A stretch of DNA of 62,867 nucleotides, the filler included, from Phoronis australis (lineage: Eukaryota > Animalia > Phoronida): NCBI GenBank assembly GCA_002633005.1. It is 12 parts of 12 records of this genome, joined end to end, with 100 filler letters (N's around TTAATTAATTAA, not from the genome) between each part and the next. Parts side by side here need not be neighbours in the genome. Positions count along the whole stretch, not along the records: positions 30,395 to 50,492 come from NMRA01000886.1; positions 50,593 to 52,762 come from NMRA01003817.1; positions 52,863 to 56,649 come from NMRA01002042.1; 9 more parts are not named here. One strand, 5' to 3'. A program made the translations under genes and the position numbers. The notes under the pieces were generated by a model, which saw only the letters and a list, made by a program, of their open reading frames with translations, was not told the DNA's origin and did not search any database. Positions 41,501 to 53,560 of the stretch are shown here, piece after piece. The number at the start of each line of letters is the position of its first letter. Positions within the stretch are counted from its first letter, which is position 1.

Positions 41501-42282
41501 GACGTCTTCAAACCAAAACTTCTCTTTATTCTCGTAATCATTCAATGATTTGATGTAGAGAGACTTGAGCAAGGTTTCACCAACGTTTAAAACAAAAAAG
41601 TGCACCATTCTGGTAAGATTTCGGAAGTACTCTGTATTCATAGTATCGTCATGAACTAGAATACACCACTCGACGTCAGAATATGGGGTAGTCTCCCCTC
41701 TAGCTAATGAGCCTAATCCCAAAACAGCGTATTCTTGTGGAGGGGGTCCTAAAATCTCTTTACTCCATGCTAGTAAGCATTGGAATAGCTCTATTACTCC
41801 AGAACAAACGTTACCACACAATACACGGGCATCCCCAATAAAAGTCTCTTCGAATTTTACTCTGTCATAGGTTGGCGAATCTAAGACCAAATTCACGTTT
41901 AGCTCTTGAAGCAGTGTCTTCGAAAGGTCACTGACATTTTCTCGAAGACTATGCAAACGCGACGCCACGTCTGCTCTGAAATCAAACGGCAACTTTGATG
42001 GAGTAACACCTACTACTTTACAAAATGCGAGCTCGTTGTTTCTCATCCGTACAGCAAGTTCATGTTTAAAACCGAACTTTTTGGTTCGCAAAGTAGCTGC
42101 ATTGTATAATGCAGCGGCCTTCACAAAATTTTCCTTCTCTTTTGTCAATCGTCCGCGCTCTTCGTACACGTCCCCTAATTCCTTCAACGCTATGGCATCT
42201 CTCTCCAAGTCCTCGCGTGGTTGGCTCTGTATCGCCAAAGCTAGGTCACTTTCTGTTTTATCTAGTGTGGCAATGCGAGTAT
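38528..42282 (-). CDS. Large single exon encoding a GlnD/DUF294-like nucleotidyltransferase domain, a helical domain and a long TPR array (>1240 aa)
   Basis: Uninterrupted ORF. Pol-beta-superfamily motif LGLGSLARGETTPYSDVEW at ~41667-41720; C-terminal half of ~42-aa TPR-like repeats (e.g. TLHNTASVY...ALPYALKVLSIYENLH...HPHLAWAIGNLG). The ORF-track start at 42238 is TTG; the frame stays open to a TTTATTTCAG acceptor just before 42282, so the true start lies in an upstream exon. Confidence 0.85.
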
Positions 42283-43102
42283 CTGAAATAAATGAATAGA
42301 CAATACAGAGACAAATCTATTACCAAGTTTGAGATACGTAGACTTGACAATATTGCGAAGGAAGCTGGTATGATCACGACCTTCGCTTATTATACACGGC
42401 GATATCTCGCGAGGTTTTGCGCAAAGTTTTCGCTTCTACTAAACGCACCTAAGAATTAATGGTGACACAGTGTTTATTTGATTAGGTTCGACTTCATGTC
42501 AATGAAGTTTATATAGGTATAGCTTGTGGTTTCACCGAGAACATTGTGTTGGTTTCAGGTGCCAAAATACGATGAAGTTCAGGATTATCATACCCATTAT
42601 CACAGTTCTGGTAATGATTTATACTAGTAATAGCTCATGAACTAATAATTTCACGATTTAGGGGGTTTCATACAAATTTGGACATCCAGCAATATCGTAA
42701 CAACATTGAAACCTCACGATATGACATATTTGAAGATGACAACAATCTGGTACATGTACTTGGGCCAGTCCAGACAATAGAGGATGGCTATTAGGTGTCG
42801 GTTTATTATACATTCAAGACTGAATCCGAAACATTCCACCGAGGAATTTCTAGCGCATTGTGAAACCAAGGACAGACATAGGTCACACTTTATTTTGCGC
42901 AGTACAGTGTTGTTATTTTACTCTACAGATTATGTACAAGGTAATAAACGTACCTCTGTACCCCTCTCTCTTTTCTCCCTCCCACCCCCAGCCTCCCATC
43001 TTCCCCCATCTCTCTCTCCCACCCTTTCATCCTCTCTCCTTATACAAATTAAATATAGGTTAATGAACGTGTCATCTCTCTGCCTCCACCCCCTCCCCCT
43101 CT

Positions 43103-43477
43103 NNNNNNNNNNNNNNNNNNNNNNNNNNNNNNNNNNNNNNNNNNNNNNNNNNNNNNNNNNNNNNNNNNNNNNNNNNNNNNNNNNNNNNNNNNNNNNNNNN
43201 NNNNNNNNNNNNNNNNNNNNNNNNNNNNNNNNNNNNNNNNNNNNNNNNNNNNNNNNNNNNNNNNNNNNNNNNNNNNNNNNNNNNNNNNNNNNNNNNNNNN
43301 NNNNNNNNNNNNNNNNNNNNNNNNNNNNNNNNNNNNNNNNNNNNNNNNNNNNNNNNNNNNNNNNNNNNNNNNNNNNNNNNNNNNNNNNNNNNNNNNNNNN
43401 NNNNNNNNNNNNNNNNNNNNNNNNNNNNNNNNNNNNNNNNNNNNNNNNNNNNNNNNNNNNNNNNNNNNNNNNNNNNN
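43103..43477. other. Within-scaffold assembly gap (no TTAA linker) flanked by C/T-rich low-complexity sequence
   Basis: N run without the TTAATTAATTAA core; poly-C on the right side. Confidence 0.9.
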
Positions 43478-46400
43478 GCCCCCCCCCCCCCCCCCCCCCG
43501 CCGTCCCATTTTTCTAACCTAACGTGGTTGATACATTGCAAAGATGATGGAGTATACGGGTTTTACGATGACGATGGTGCTGATGACGGTAACTTTGACA
43601 GTGGTGACTATATTGGTGATACCTGGTTTAGTCAAAGGTTGCAGGCCATCGCCATCCGAGTTGACGACTTCTTTTGCTTCACACATCTCATATATTTATC
43701 TCTGAAAGAGGAGAAACACAGGTGTATGTACATACAATTGACATTTAGTCATGTAGTTCCTTTTTCATTCAGGTCTGAAATACACTCAATTAGGAATATC
43801 TGGAAACAACATTGGACAACTTGGCATCAGTCCTGTCGTAGGCTAGGGATTTCTTGATGGCGTACTCACTGGTTGATCCATAATGCCTCTACAGAGGGGG
43901 AAACACAATCGCTGAAGGAGAAATGTCCCTGAAATCCCCACGCAAAGGCAGCATGCCGATGGCGTTTTTAGTTATATCTGTTGGAGGCAGACCCCAGTCC
44001 CTTGAAATGCAACTAATACGCATTTTGAGTTACAAGGAACGGTTCACAATATTCATACAAGGAATTAGGTGGGGATCCAAATGATAAACGTTGTGGCATT
44101 GTTGCATGGCAGGAATCTGAATGACTAAAAATCGCACATGCTACGCCAGGAGTCAACCTACACGCCTTATAATTACCGAACTTTGTAGGGCAAACAACAT
44201 ATGGGGCTGAAAATAGGTCTACCCATTGTTTGAACAACCTGATCTTAGAATAGCGTCCCAATAGTCAAGATAATTCTCGTCTAGTAGACAGGCAACCCGA
44301 ATGAATCAAATAGACTAGATGCCCGATTTCGCTCGTGCCCATCTGATTCAGGGAGCAAGAAAGGCGTTCTCTGGCTGTGCTAAAAACGAATTAGGGACCA
44401 TGTCCAGCAATAAATTGTGGGCTGACGAGGCGCCCAATGCCTTGTTCTTCCTCATCCTGTCTGCCTCTGTGTTACTGATGTGGAGAGTTTAAACATCGCT
44501 GGTCGAAAACAGTGCTATTCTGATATTAGCCTGCCTACCTGCAGTGATGGATGGCGTCTAGTCAGTATCGATCAAATTGAATTGATACCTGAGTTTTATA
44601 AATGACCTGTTCATTCAGGATACAGTACACAGTACTTACAGGAGAATGATTGCCCCCTGACTAGGCATTGAGAGTACCTTTTATCATGCATCTCAGTGAA
44701 AAAACGCAACAAAATGAAAACTGGTGTGCATTGTGCAGGTCTGACCTAGAAAATACACCTTTACAGCCCAGTGAATAGCGCGGAATAACATATTGCACAC
44801 AGGTTTTTTACTTATGCGTGCACTACCCGTAATTGACGCGCCACAGGCTGTCTTTTAGGAACTCCTTCGCATGCGTATTGAATGAGGTCGCTTATATCCA
44901 TTTGCTATTTACATAGTGTTTATTTAGATCCTAAGGTTTAACGCGGGTTAGCACTGAGCCTTGGACTGAAACAACATACCGTCAAGTGGAAGACGAATGA
45001 GTCCTGAGCAATTACATTTTTAACTTCTCAGTCTAAATAGACGATCTTTTCATTGTCATCGATGTTGGCCTCGGCAGTTATATCGTGTGGCAGTTCCCAG
45101 ATGTGACATGTTCGCATAGACGGTGTACACTGGTACCACGACTACCTATAGTAACAACAAATAGCTCTCTTAGATCGCGATTTCAGTTTCAGTTTCGTTT
45201 TGCCTCCTTGTGCGCGCCGGGCTTATGTCAAGTGCAAAAGGGGGCGTAAACTAATTATTTTTGTCTAAGACGCGCACATGAAAATCGTGTCACAAAATTT
45301 GTTGTTATTACAGTTTAAGATAAAAACTAATTGGTTTTGGTCTCTGTTTTTTAAGTCGGTGGTGCGCGGTAGTTTCTTTAGTTGCTCACTTTTTAAAAAA
45401 ATTAAATTCATCTTGCACGTGTTTTTATTTACATAAATCAAACCAAGTTCATATGTGGGGTGGGGGCTTGCGCCAGTCACGTCAATGCTTGAAAGTCCTC
45501 TTTTATCCTCATTGGTGACAGCAAACATGAAATGGCATCACTCGTCCAGCATGTTGCCACGCGGTGGTAAAATGTGTCGTAGAATTGCCAACTTTGACAA
45601 CAAAAAGATTTCGTTATTCTGTTACCTAAGAACAGCGTTTGATGAAGACAATGCCTACTGTGGTTGGGTTACTATCAAAAACTGATCAATACATGTAGGC
45701 GTGATATTTGCGTGTTCGAAAAACTAACGTATATATGCCATTGGTGTGCACGTGGTGTTTTTTTACTATATTTTGAATACACATTGTCAAACTTTCTTTT
45801 TACCATTCAACTAGACGTTTTGGAAAACTAACTTACAATAGAAAGTATTTTTCATGTTTGTCTACGACGTAATTGCGTATATACCTAGGCAGCTTCGCCC
45901 ACAGCGACCTGCGACTGGCAGGGTAGAACCACCCACCAATATCACACGGAATTCAAGGTGCTGGCAAATTTGTTATACATTGGTGAATTTAGGATGGCGA
46001 TGGCAACAACGAATTTTCGAAGGTATAATTTTCTCGTGGCGTTTTATTTCAGGTGTGTCCGACATGCCATGACACGGCTTGCCACAAACGGAAACCGTCA
46101 GATTGATCTCTTTGTACATAACACTGTATTGTGCGAGAGTGCAGAAACAACAATAGGCATGCCTCAGCTGCAGACATTTTCAAACTCCGTCCCCCCAGTC
46201 CCACTCCACATGCGTGGCCACCCGGTCAATGCAAATTTTGAACCTCCGCTCCCTATGTCCACCTTCGGCCCTGATGATCGGGGGACACGTGCCCGCCCAA
46301 CGCGTTCCTGCACACTTTACTGTTTCGGTAGAAAGCTTTTTTAAATGACCGTTTCAAATTGAAATCAATGCTGGCTTTTCATCAGTTCTTTACCATTATT

Positions 46401-46563
46401 TTAAATATCGTGGAATAAATTCCTTGTGTCCTTATAGCATACGAAGCAAAAGGCGCGTGGAACGCGCGCCGGCATGCTTTTTATAAGGCCGAATTAGGCA
46501 AAAATTTCCCCATGAGAGATGTAATGGTTGTCGCCTCTAAGGTTCATCTTAGATCCGCCAATA

Positions 46564-47055
46564 CCGAGATTATCCGTACATAACCCCACGGGCGAGTATT
46601 CGGAAAATGAAAATTTTCGGCCGTTTTAGTAACACCAAATAAACGCCCGGGCATTTATTCGGAAAAGGGGAGCGTGTAAACGAAAAGCCATAGTTTTGCC
46701 TACGCAAGTACCAGCTTGGACTGAATACACGTAGGCCTAGATTAAAAGCTTTCCTGACTTTGGCATTTTTAAAAAAAACTGTGTTTTCAAATTTTATGTT
46801 AGTAAATTCATAGTTCGCCAACATTTTGTTCGTTTTTATAAATGACAAATGCCCCACAAAACTGAATTTGTGACTAAAACGTTGAGACCGTGTGGGCTTT
46901 TAAGAGGAAATTTTCTGAATGAACGCCCCACTATGGACACTTGACACCAGAAGTTGTAACACCAAATATACACCCATGGGGGTTTATTCGGCATAATTTT
47001 CAGAGTGAACGCTCACGGTATTTCATCGGGTTGGCTTATCTACGGAAAATTCCGG
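46564..47055. mobile_element. Tc1/mariner (pogo/Tigger-like) MITE with TA target-site duplication
   Basis: TA|CCGAGATTATCCGTACATAACCCC ... GGTTGGCTTATCTACGGAAAATTCCGG|TA; internal GGG..TTATTCGG subrepeats. Confidence 0.65.
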
Positions 47056-48821
47056 TAAGGAGACATCCGATAGAAACGCACAAAAATGTAGCTATCAGCT
47101 TGTTTTGTATTGCCATCTCGAACAAAGAAAAAGCAACATAGTTTAATTCATAAGAAAGCTGTTCCGAAAGACAACGGACTTGTAACTGTGGCCAATTTAT
47201 TAATAAGCTGGACACATTTGTGCAATTATAGTAGAGAGAATTGGGATTTACACATATATATTGAAAGACTCCTTCAGTTTTTGAGAAGACTGAGCAAAAA
47301 GTCCCTGCAATATTAATGCGCTGTATAGCACTCATTGAAACATGATTCGACATAGCTAATTAAAATCTCCATGAGCGAACGATAGACGTGCCCCAGGTAC
47401 TCAAACAAATATACTCTTCGCGAAAACGACACAAAAAATCCAGTTCTTCAGGTCATGTCCAAATTTGGTTAACTTTGGAACACCATATCTCATAAACCGC
47501 TGGGTATTAATACGAAACTTTATGCATTGCTCTCCAAAACGGTGTTAGGATTTGTTTTTAAAATGTTCCGCTTTTTATGAGGCGCTATCAAGAACTAGGA
47601 TTTCTATTAAGATTTTCATGAAAGAATTTTAAGTCGCTTAAAAAGACAAAAGAATGATATTTAGAAAACTGTAACAGAGTCTTTGAAATCTCACCTTGAA
47701 CATTTGAACCAAATAGAATTTAATCTTGTTATTGACACTGTTGTTTTACTATCAATGTACCTTTCATTTTTGCTAAATTTTAGTAGAAGAAATGGTCACG
47801 TGACCCAATTATATAACACAGATTGGCAAAAATTCATTAGTCAAATTCTATTGACACTGAGCTTTCAGAAAATGTATGCGTTTACTGAGTTCAAATCTAT
47901 AGTTCTGTACTTTTATTTGGCTAAGTACGCAGATTTGTCAAGAAGGTCCTACATATAGTAATAATACAGACCTAATGTGTTAAGCCCCACTTAAGCCGAT
48001 TTAGGCCATTGCTGACGTCAAGATATGTGTTACGCGACGCTGTTGACACTAAAAGGAGCATGTTTTGCTCCCGACAGATAGCTCAAATTTGCAACTTTTC
48101 CCTTAAAACAGGTTATAGAGACAAAGTCTATTTAGGGAACAAAGATAAATAAGATTTGCTATCTGTAGCGTGTAATCAAAGAAGCAAAAAACTAACAAAC
48201 AGGCAAACTTTATGATAAAGCAACAGACCTAGAGAAATATCATTTCATCAAGTAACAAAATCTAATTTTCTATGCAACCCAATAAGCTATAAAGTTAACA
48301 AGTTCATAAAACTGGTAAAAAATACCCAGAAAAGCTGTGTATCTTTGGTTTACGATTCTTTATCACGATGCTTTTGAGACAAATTCCATTCTGATTATAA
48401 TTTCATTGATGAAAATTATTGTATAGTTATTCTGAATGTTACATGACAAATTTAGAAAAGCAAGGGTCTACGTTCATAACCTCCTTTTTGGTTACAACAC
48501 GCACACGGAACAAGTTTTACAGACATCTAGTACATATCAACTACAGTGACAGTAAAGAAACCTCGACCGCTCTCCAAGACTCCCAAATATCCAAAATGGC
48601 GTGGCATACTTCAATACAAGTGAAATTTCACGTAATGTGAATTTTCAAACCCAGGCTCAAATAACATCTGGCTAGTTCCCTGCCTAAACGACTGATGGCG
48701 TGACAGTTCTAATTTACGTAGAAACTGTGGAGGGGTATGAAATGAAATCTGACGGACCCGGACTCGGAGGTGAAAAGGGGGCTAATGATTGTCATGTACA
48801 TTCACAGAATCTTGAACCACG

Positions 48822-49048
48822 TCACACAGATTCAAATGCATTTTTCATGAAATATTCAATACCAGTAGCGAAGACGTCTCTACTCCAAACAAATGTTTTC
48901 ATTGAGAAGTATGGTGTGTACATCTCTCGCTGCTTGTTTAAACCTCCTTTAATGATGTCCAGTGCTGTCTCTGTGGCATTGGCAAAATCCATTTTACCTT
49001 CTTGGTAGGCTCTCAAGTTTGACGATTGTCCTCGCGACAACTCTGTAT
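48822..49048 (-). CDS. Last exon of a short-chain dehydrogenase/reductase, 11-beta-HSD1/HSD11B1L-like
   Basis: After acceptor TGTTGCAG: (D)TELSRGQSSNLRAYQEGKMDFANATETALDIIKGGLNKQREMYTP...*, resembling the recalled HSD11B1 segment DTETA...EECALEIIKGGALRQEEVYY. Confidence 0.65.
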
Positions 49049-49577
49049 CTGCAACATTGGGAGAAAGTTTCAGTATCGATTTGGCTCAATCGAGCCACAC
49101 GAGCGTTCTGACCTAAATCTTTTACCAGTGGGCAAAGTTAGGTTGGTGTAACCTATCTGGGTGTGGAAGACAAACGAACATTGCCACTCAAGACTGACAT
49201 ACATGTAAGATATCAATGATTGCCTGTTGTCGTCTGCAATATTGTTAGGTACTGCATGTGCTCATGCCATGGGCGTCGCAGCACTGAAAAAAGTGGAGGG
49301 GGGGCATAGCAACTCCACAAATGACAAAATGTCGCAACCAAAAAGTGTGACAGTTTGCGCTTCGAAGGTCTGAACAAACAGCTCGAAGATTGTTACAGTT
49401 TATGGTGTAACAACACACTCCACAGTTATATACCTCTGCAATTTCTCAAATGGTTTACACAGACTAGTCTTAAGAAATTCCCTAATCAGAATGACAGTTT
49501 TGATTCACGTGCTTCTTGTGAGGGAATGGAATAGTAGTAATCCATTAGGAAAGAAATGCATTTCTGGAAAACAATCT

Positions 49578-50492
49578 TGTTAGTAACAACGCCCTTGCGG
49601 TACGAGTGGCTACCCTGAACTTACTTAATGCTACAATAAACACATGAGAAATGATATTTCACTCGTTAAATATATTTATGTGAGAATATGGACTCGTCCC
49701 TCTTATACCCCCATCTTTCGGACTGGTCCAGTAACCCCTTGTGTAGATTCGCATGCGGTCCTCCTGCACTCGAGGCACTAGGACATTCCTTTTCCAGCCT
49801 CATTATTGTCTGGTTCTCAGGAAAGTTATATTTTCTGCCATCAGTTCTTCGCTTTAGCAGCACTTAGGTTCGAGCAAATCTCTCTTCATTTTTTTGCGTT
49901 CTCCGATCGCAGTTCCTACGTTCCCGGTAAGCATGTTTTTATTCCTCCCTCCGCTCTGTCATGCCAGTTCACGGCCTTTCTCTGGTATCACCCTACGTCC
50001 GCTGGCTGGGCCATTTTGCCCTCAGATGGTCGGTCTCTTGATCTATTTAGCCTCGGGTTCGATCCCCGTCTTGTCAAGCCAATTCTTGGGCCTCTCGGGT
50101 ACCACTCTAGCCCCCGGGACCCGATCCAATCTCCGTCTCCTCACCCGTGTCTATTCGTGTGACTTTTGACAAATTGGTGTCCTTTGGACTTTTTATTCGT
50201 CCACATGCCGATTTCACGTCACTTCCTCAAAATGGCTCCCGGTACGTGTAACTCGATCTCACCGCACACATTTTCATCTTGTTCCCCTTATCTTGACTCA
50301 ATCGTCTCCATACTTCTCCTATAATCGTTTTTATCCCCATGTCCATATAATTATTATGTTTCATTTTATTTTACCTCCCGTGTTATGAAGTAGTAACCTT
50401 CAGTGGGCGGTACTACCCCCCCATCTCTCCTGTCCACTTCAATGCCCGTGTGTTCCTCAATCAACCTCTCAGCGTTCCTTTCCCCTTTGGTT
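49578..50492 (-). mobile_element. Possible 3' end and LTR of an LTR retrotransposon
   Basis: Minus strand: purine-rich tract (GATAAGGGGAACAA) before TG at ~50269, TATA-like GGGGTATAAGAGGG near 49705, ending ...AACA at 49578. No second LTR or pol ORF is visible. Confidence 0.3.
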
Positions 50493-50957
50493 NNNNNNNN
50501 NNNNNNNNNNNNNNNNNNNNNNNNNNNNNNNNNNNNTTAATTAATTAANNNNNNNNNNNNNNNNNNNNNNNNNNNNNNNNNNNNNNNNNNNNGCAATGAA
50601 GAAAATTACTTCATTTTTTTAAAGAAAATGGAATCTGAGTGACGATGAAAAAACAGAAGCTGCTGGTAAGATGTGAATTTTAATCGAAGCCTCAGTGAAT
50701 CACTCAGAAACTCATAATTATTTCTTTGTCAAACCTTAACTTAAGACGATTTCCAAAGCCATCGCCTCATTAGTGCCAACACAAAAACGGATTTGGTCTT
50801 TTGGGAAATTGAAGACTATTTTAAATACAAAAAATTGTTACGAACTGATTGCACAAAGTATAAAAGTGTAATAAGCATTACAAAAAGAAGTAGGTTTCGC
50901 GCGCAAACGCTGTGGACCATAAACAAGTAGGTCTCTTATCATCAAATTTTGAATGAA

Positions 50958-51030
50958 GTCGTGATGGTGTAGTGGTAAAGTACTCTCGCTGTTTCCGCCA
51001 GGTCGTGAGTTCGAGTCCGTGTAAAGTGTA
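50958..51030 (+). pseudogene. tRNA-derived SINE head or degenerate tRNA
   Basis: A-box TGGTGTAGTGG (50965-50975) and B-box GAGTTCGAGTCC (51007-51018), followed by T runs; acceptor and anticodon stems do not pair. Confidence 0.55.
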
Positions 51031-52997
51031 GTTTTTCATGTTTGACACGGTCGCCGTGTGTGTTTTTTTTTTTCTGTTTCATTTCTTTTTCTTTTTCTTT
51101 GCCTTTTTTCTTGGATAATACTTCAGGAATCAAGGAAATGCTTGATTTTTAGAGGAAAAACAGAAAAATTTTCCTCCCCCCCCATTCGGTGCCATGTGCA
51201 TCTAATCGTGCTTTGCACGAATGTTTTCAGACAACATGTTGGGCCCCCCTTGTGATATCCTATATCCGCCACCGTGGCTTAAATTGGACTTACNCGCGTT
51301 TGAAGATAATTCGAGCATTTCATAAAGATCCTTCAACTTTTAAACCAGTGGTCTAGCAAAATAGGTTTAACACCTGCTTAAACCTGGCTTAAGCTGGTCT
51401 TTCACTTCACCACTGATGCCTAAATAATTTAGACTTGTGATCTAAACCAAATATAGGCCTGGCCAGGCCCAGGTTTACCACTGTTAAAGATGACTGACGC
51501 AGACTTGTGCGATAAAGATATGCTCAAGCATGCAGCTGAAAGACGCCGCTGTGCGTCGCTGACGCAACTTTAGAGCGAGAATGACCTATTTTCAGTTTTA
51601 CGAAGTCAGACATCATCTTCCATGAAGTTTAACACCACCTGATTTTTCTGACGGAGTTCCACACGCGCTTTTCTTGACATTTTTTCACTGATGAAAGTTT
51701 TTAGAAGATAGTAATTTTTAGCATTTCCAAAGTCCTGTTTATATGTACACACGCACATGCACAGGCACACACATACACCGTGCACACTCTCTGAGATCAA
51801 AGCAGGGACAATGATATGCGCTCACCATACGTGTGCATCGCAAATGGTAAAGATAAAATGGTTGCTCATTTTTTAAACATTTAATCGTGTTAGTCCCTCC
51901 CCCATCTGGCCGTTACAAAAAAAGAAAAACATTGTCAATGGCATAACGACATTTGGGCAATAGGACACGTCTGTTTTTGCGCACTACAGTCGCTTTATGC
52001 TGATCTGTCGTAGGATATTAGTAGTTTACATCTCCACAGACTAAATTGCACTCGTTTATTTTTTACTAAAAAGGTGCACATAAAGTAGATCACGCGTGGT
52101 TAAGTTCTGACTGACGCATTTGAAGTAAATCTCTTTGTGGATGGAACGGTGGTTTATAGCCGCCTTAAGATCCGCCGGTGATCTGCGCCTTGTTGGTGAC
52201 ATCCGGAAGTAAGTAGTATATTCGGAGCCTCACATTTTAAAATTGAGGCTAAGAAAATACTCGAGATGTTCGGAATGACCCGGGACTGCAAAAAATCGAG
52301 TCGTACAATTCGGCTGATACCGCGCAAGAATTCGCAACTACGCGCACTGTGCAGATTTGTGCTTGATATGGACGGTTGAACTCGAGCACCTGAAAGTTCT
52401 GGACCGATGTGCCATACCTTTTTGTAGACTACTTATAAAGTATACTGGTGAGGCAAACAGAAGACTAGGACACTTGTGCTTTTAACAAACCAAGAGCTTT
52501 TCCACGTTGAAGCCTAGGCCCCAGGGTAGCGGCACAGCGCGGTGTATCCAAGAAATGAATGTGCAGGAACTTTTTTTAGTAAGTTTGCATAGAAGACGTT
52601 TGAATTACTTTCAGGCTTCAGTTTTAACCAAAATACAGAGAATTTTAGACTGGTACGATGTCTTTAATCTCCCTCTCCCTCACCCTCTCTCTCTCTCTGA
52701 GTACGCCGCTGAATTCTGTCATAACTGAGACAATTACATCTTTGACTGTGAGACAGTTTGTTNNNNNNNNNNNNNNNNNNNNNNNNNNNNNNNNNNNNNN
52801 NNNNNNTTAATTAATTAANNNNNNNNNNNNNNNNNNNNNNNNNNNNNNNNNNNNNNNNNNNNCAAAATGAAACGTTTTGAAGAAGTTATAGTAATAGTAC
52901 CTGAAAGTTTCATTTGAATCTGATCAATTCTTTGAGATATGGCATTCTTAAGTTAGCCAAAATTTTTCTCAATTTTAATTTTCGTTTCGATGTCAAG

Positions 52998-53294
52998 ACG
53001 GCCCATCGAAGGTGACGATAACGAGGCCTTCTCTTGGGAGTTGGCGTTCTCAACTAAAAGTGGATGACGGCGACAACTTGACACTGACATGCACTACCGA
53101 CAAGGCGTATCCAAATGTGAGCATAAACTGGTCTCATGGCACGGCTGGTAGCGCAGCACAGTACAATGGAACGTTTGAGAAAAACACCACAATCCAGGTT
53201 AACAGGACATTACGTTTCGTGAACTGTTCCGCCAGAAGAAATCCCGCCGGTTCTTCCAAAGGGGTGCACGCAATTCAGACCTTGAATGTAGTTT
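52998..53294 (+). CDS. Immunoglobulin-domain exon (phase 1-1) of a cell-surface/secreted glycoprotein
   Basis: AG|ACGGCCCA...GTT T|GTAAGT, 297 nt: GPSKVTI...GDNLTLTCTTDKAYPNVSINW...VNCSARRN...QTLNVV; canonical C-W-C pattern; seven N-x-S/T sequons. Confidence 0.85.
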
Positions 53295-53560
53295 GTAAGT
53301 GCAAAGGGAACCACTGGGCCAAACAGTTTGTAACTTATTTAACAGATTAGTGAAAACGCTATGCAAATTTCAAAAAACACGGTGTCCTTGTGGAGCGTTT
53401 CTCGTCTTGGGAGTCACAAATAATTCCAGATATATAGCGTGGCAATCTGGCTATGGATGAATATCCACACATGGATGGCTTTGGCTTAGCATACATTTTA
53501 GTGATCGAATGTGTCTTTTCGGATGCGCGGTGTAATTTTAGACTGATATGCCGTAATTAA

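Noticed and set aside
42784-43857. 357-aa, 203-aa and 145-aa ORFs
   Set aside because: Artefacts of translating through the N gap and poly-C sequence.
50958-51030. Functional tRNA gene
   Set aside because: A and B boxes are present but the cloverleaf stems do not pair.
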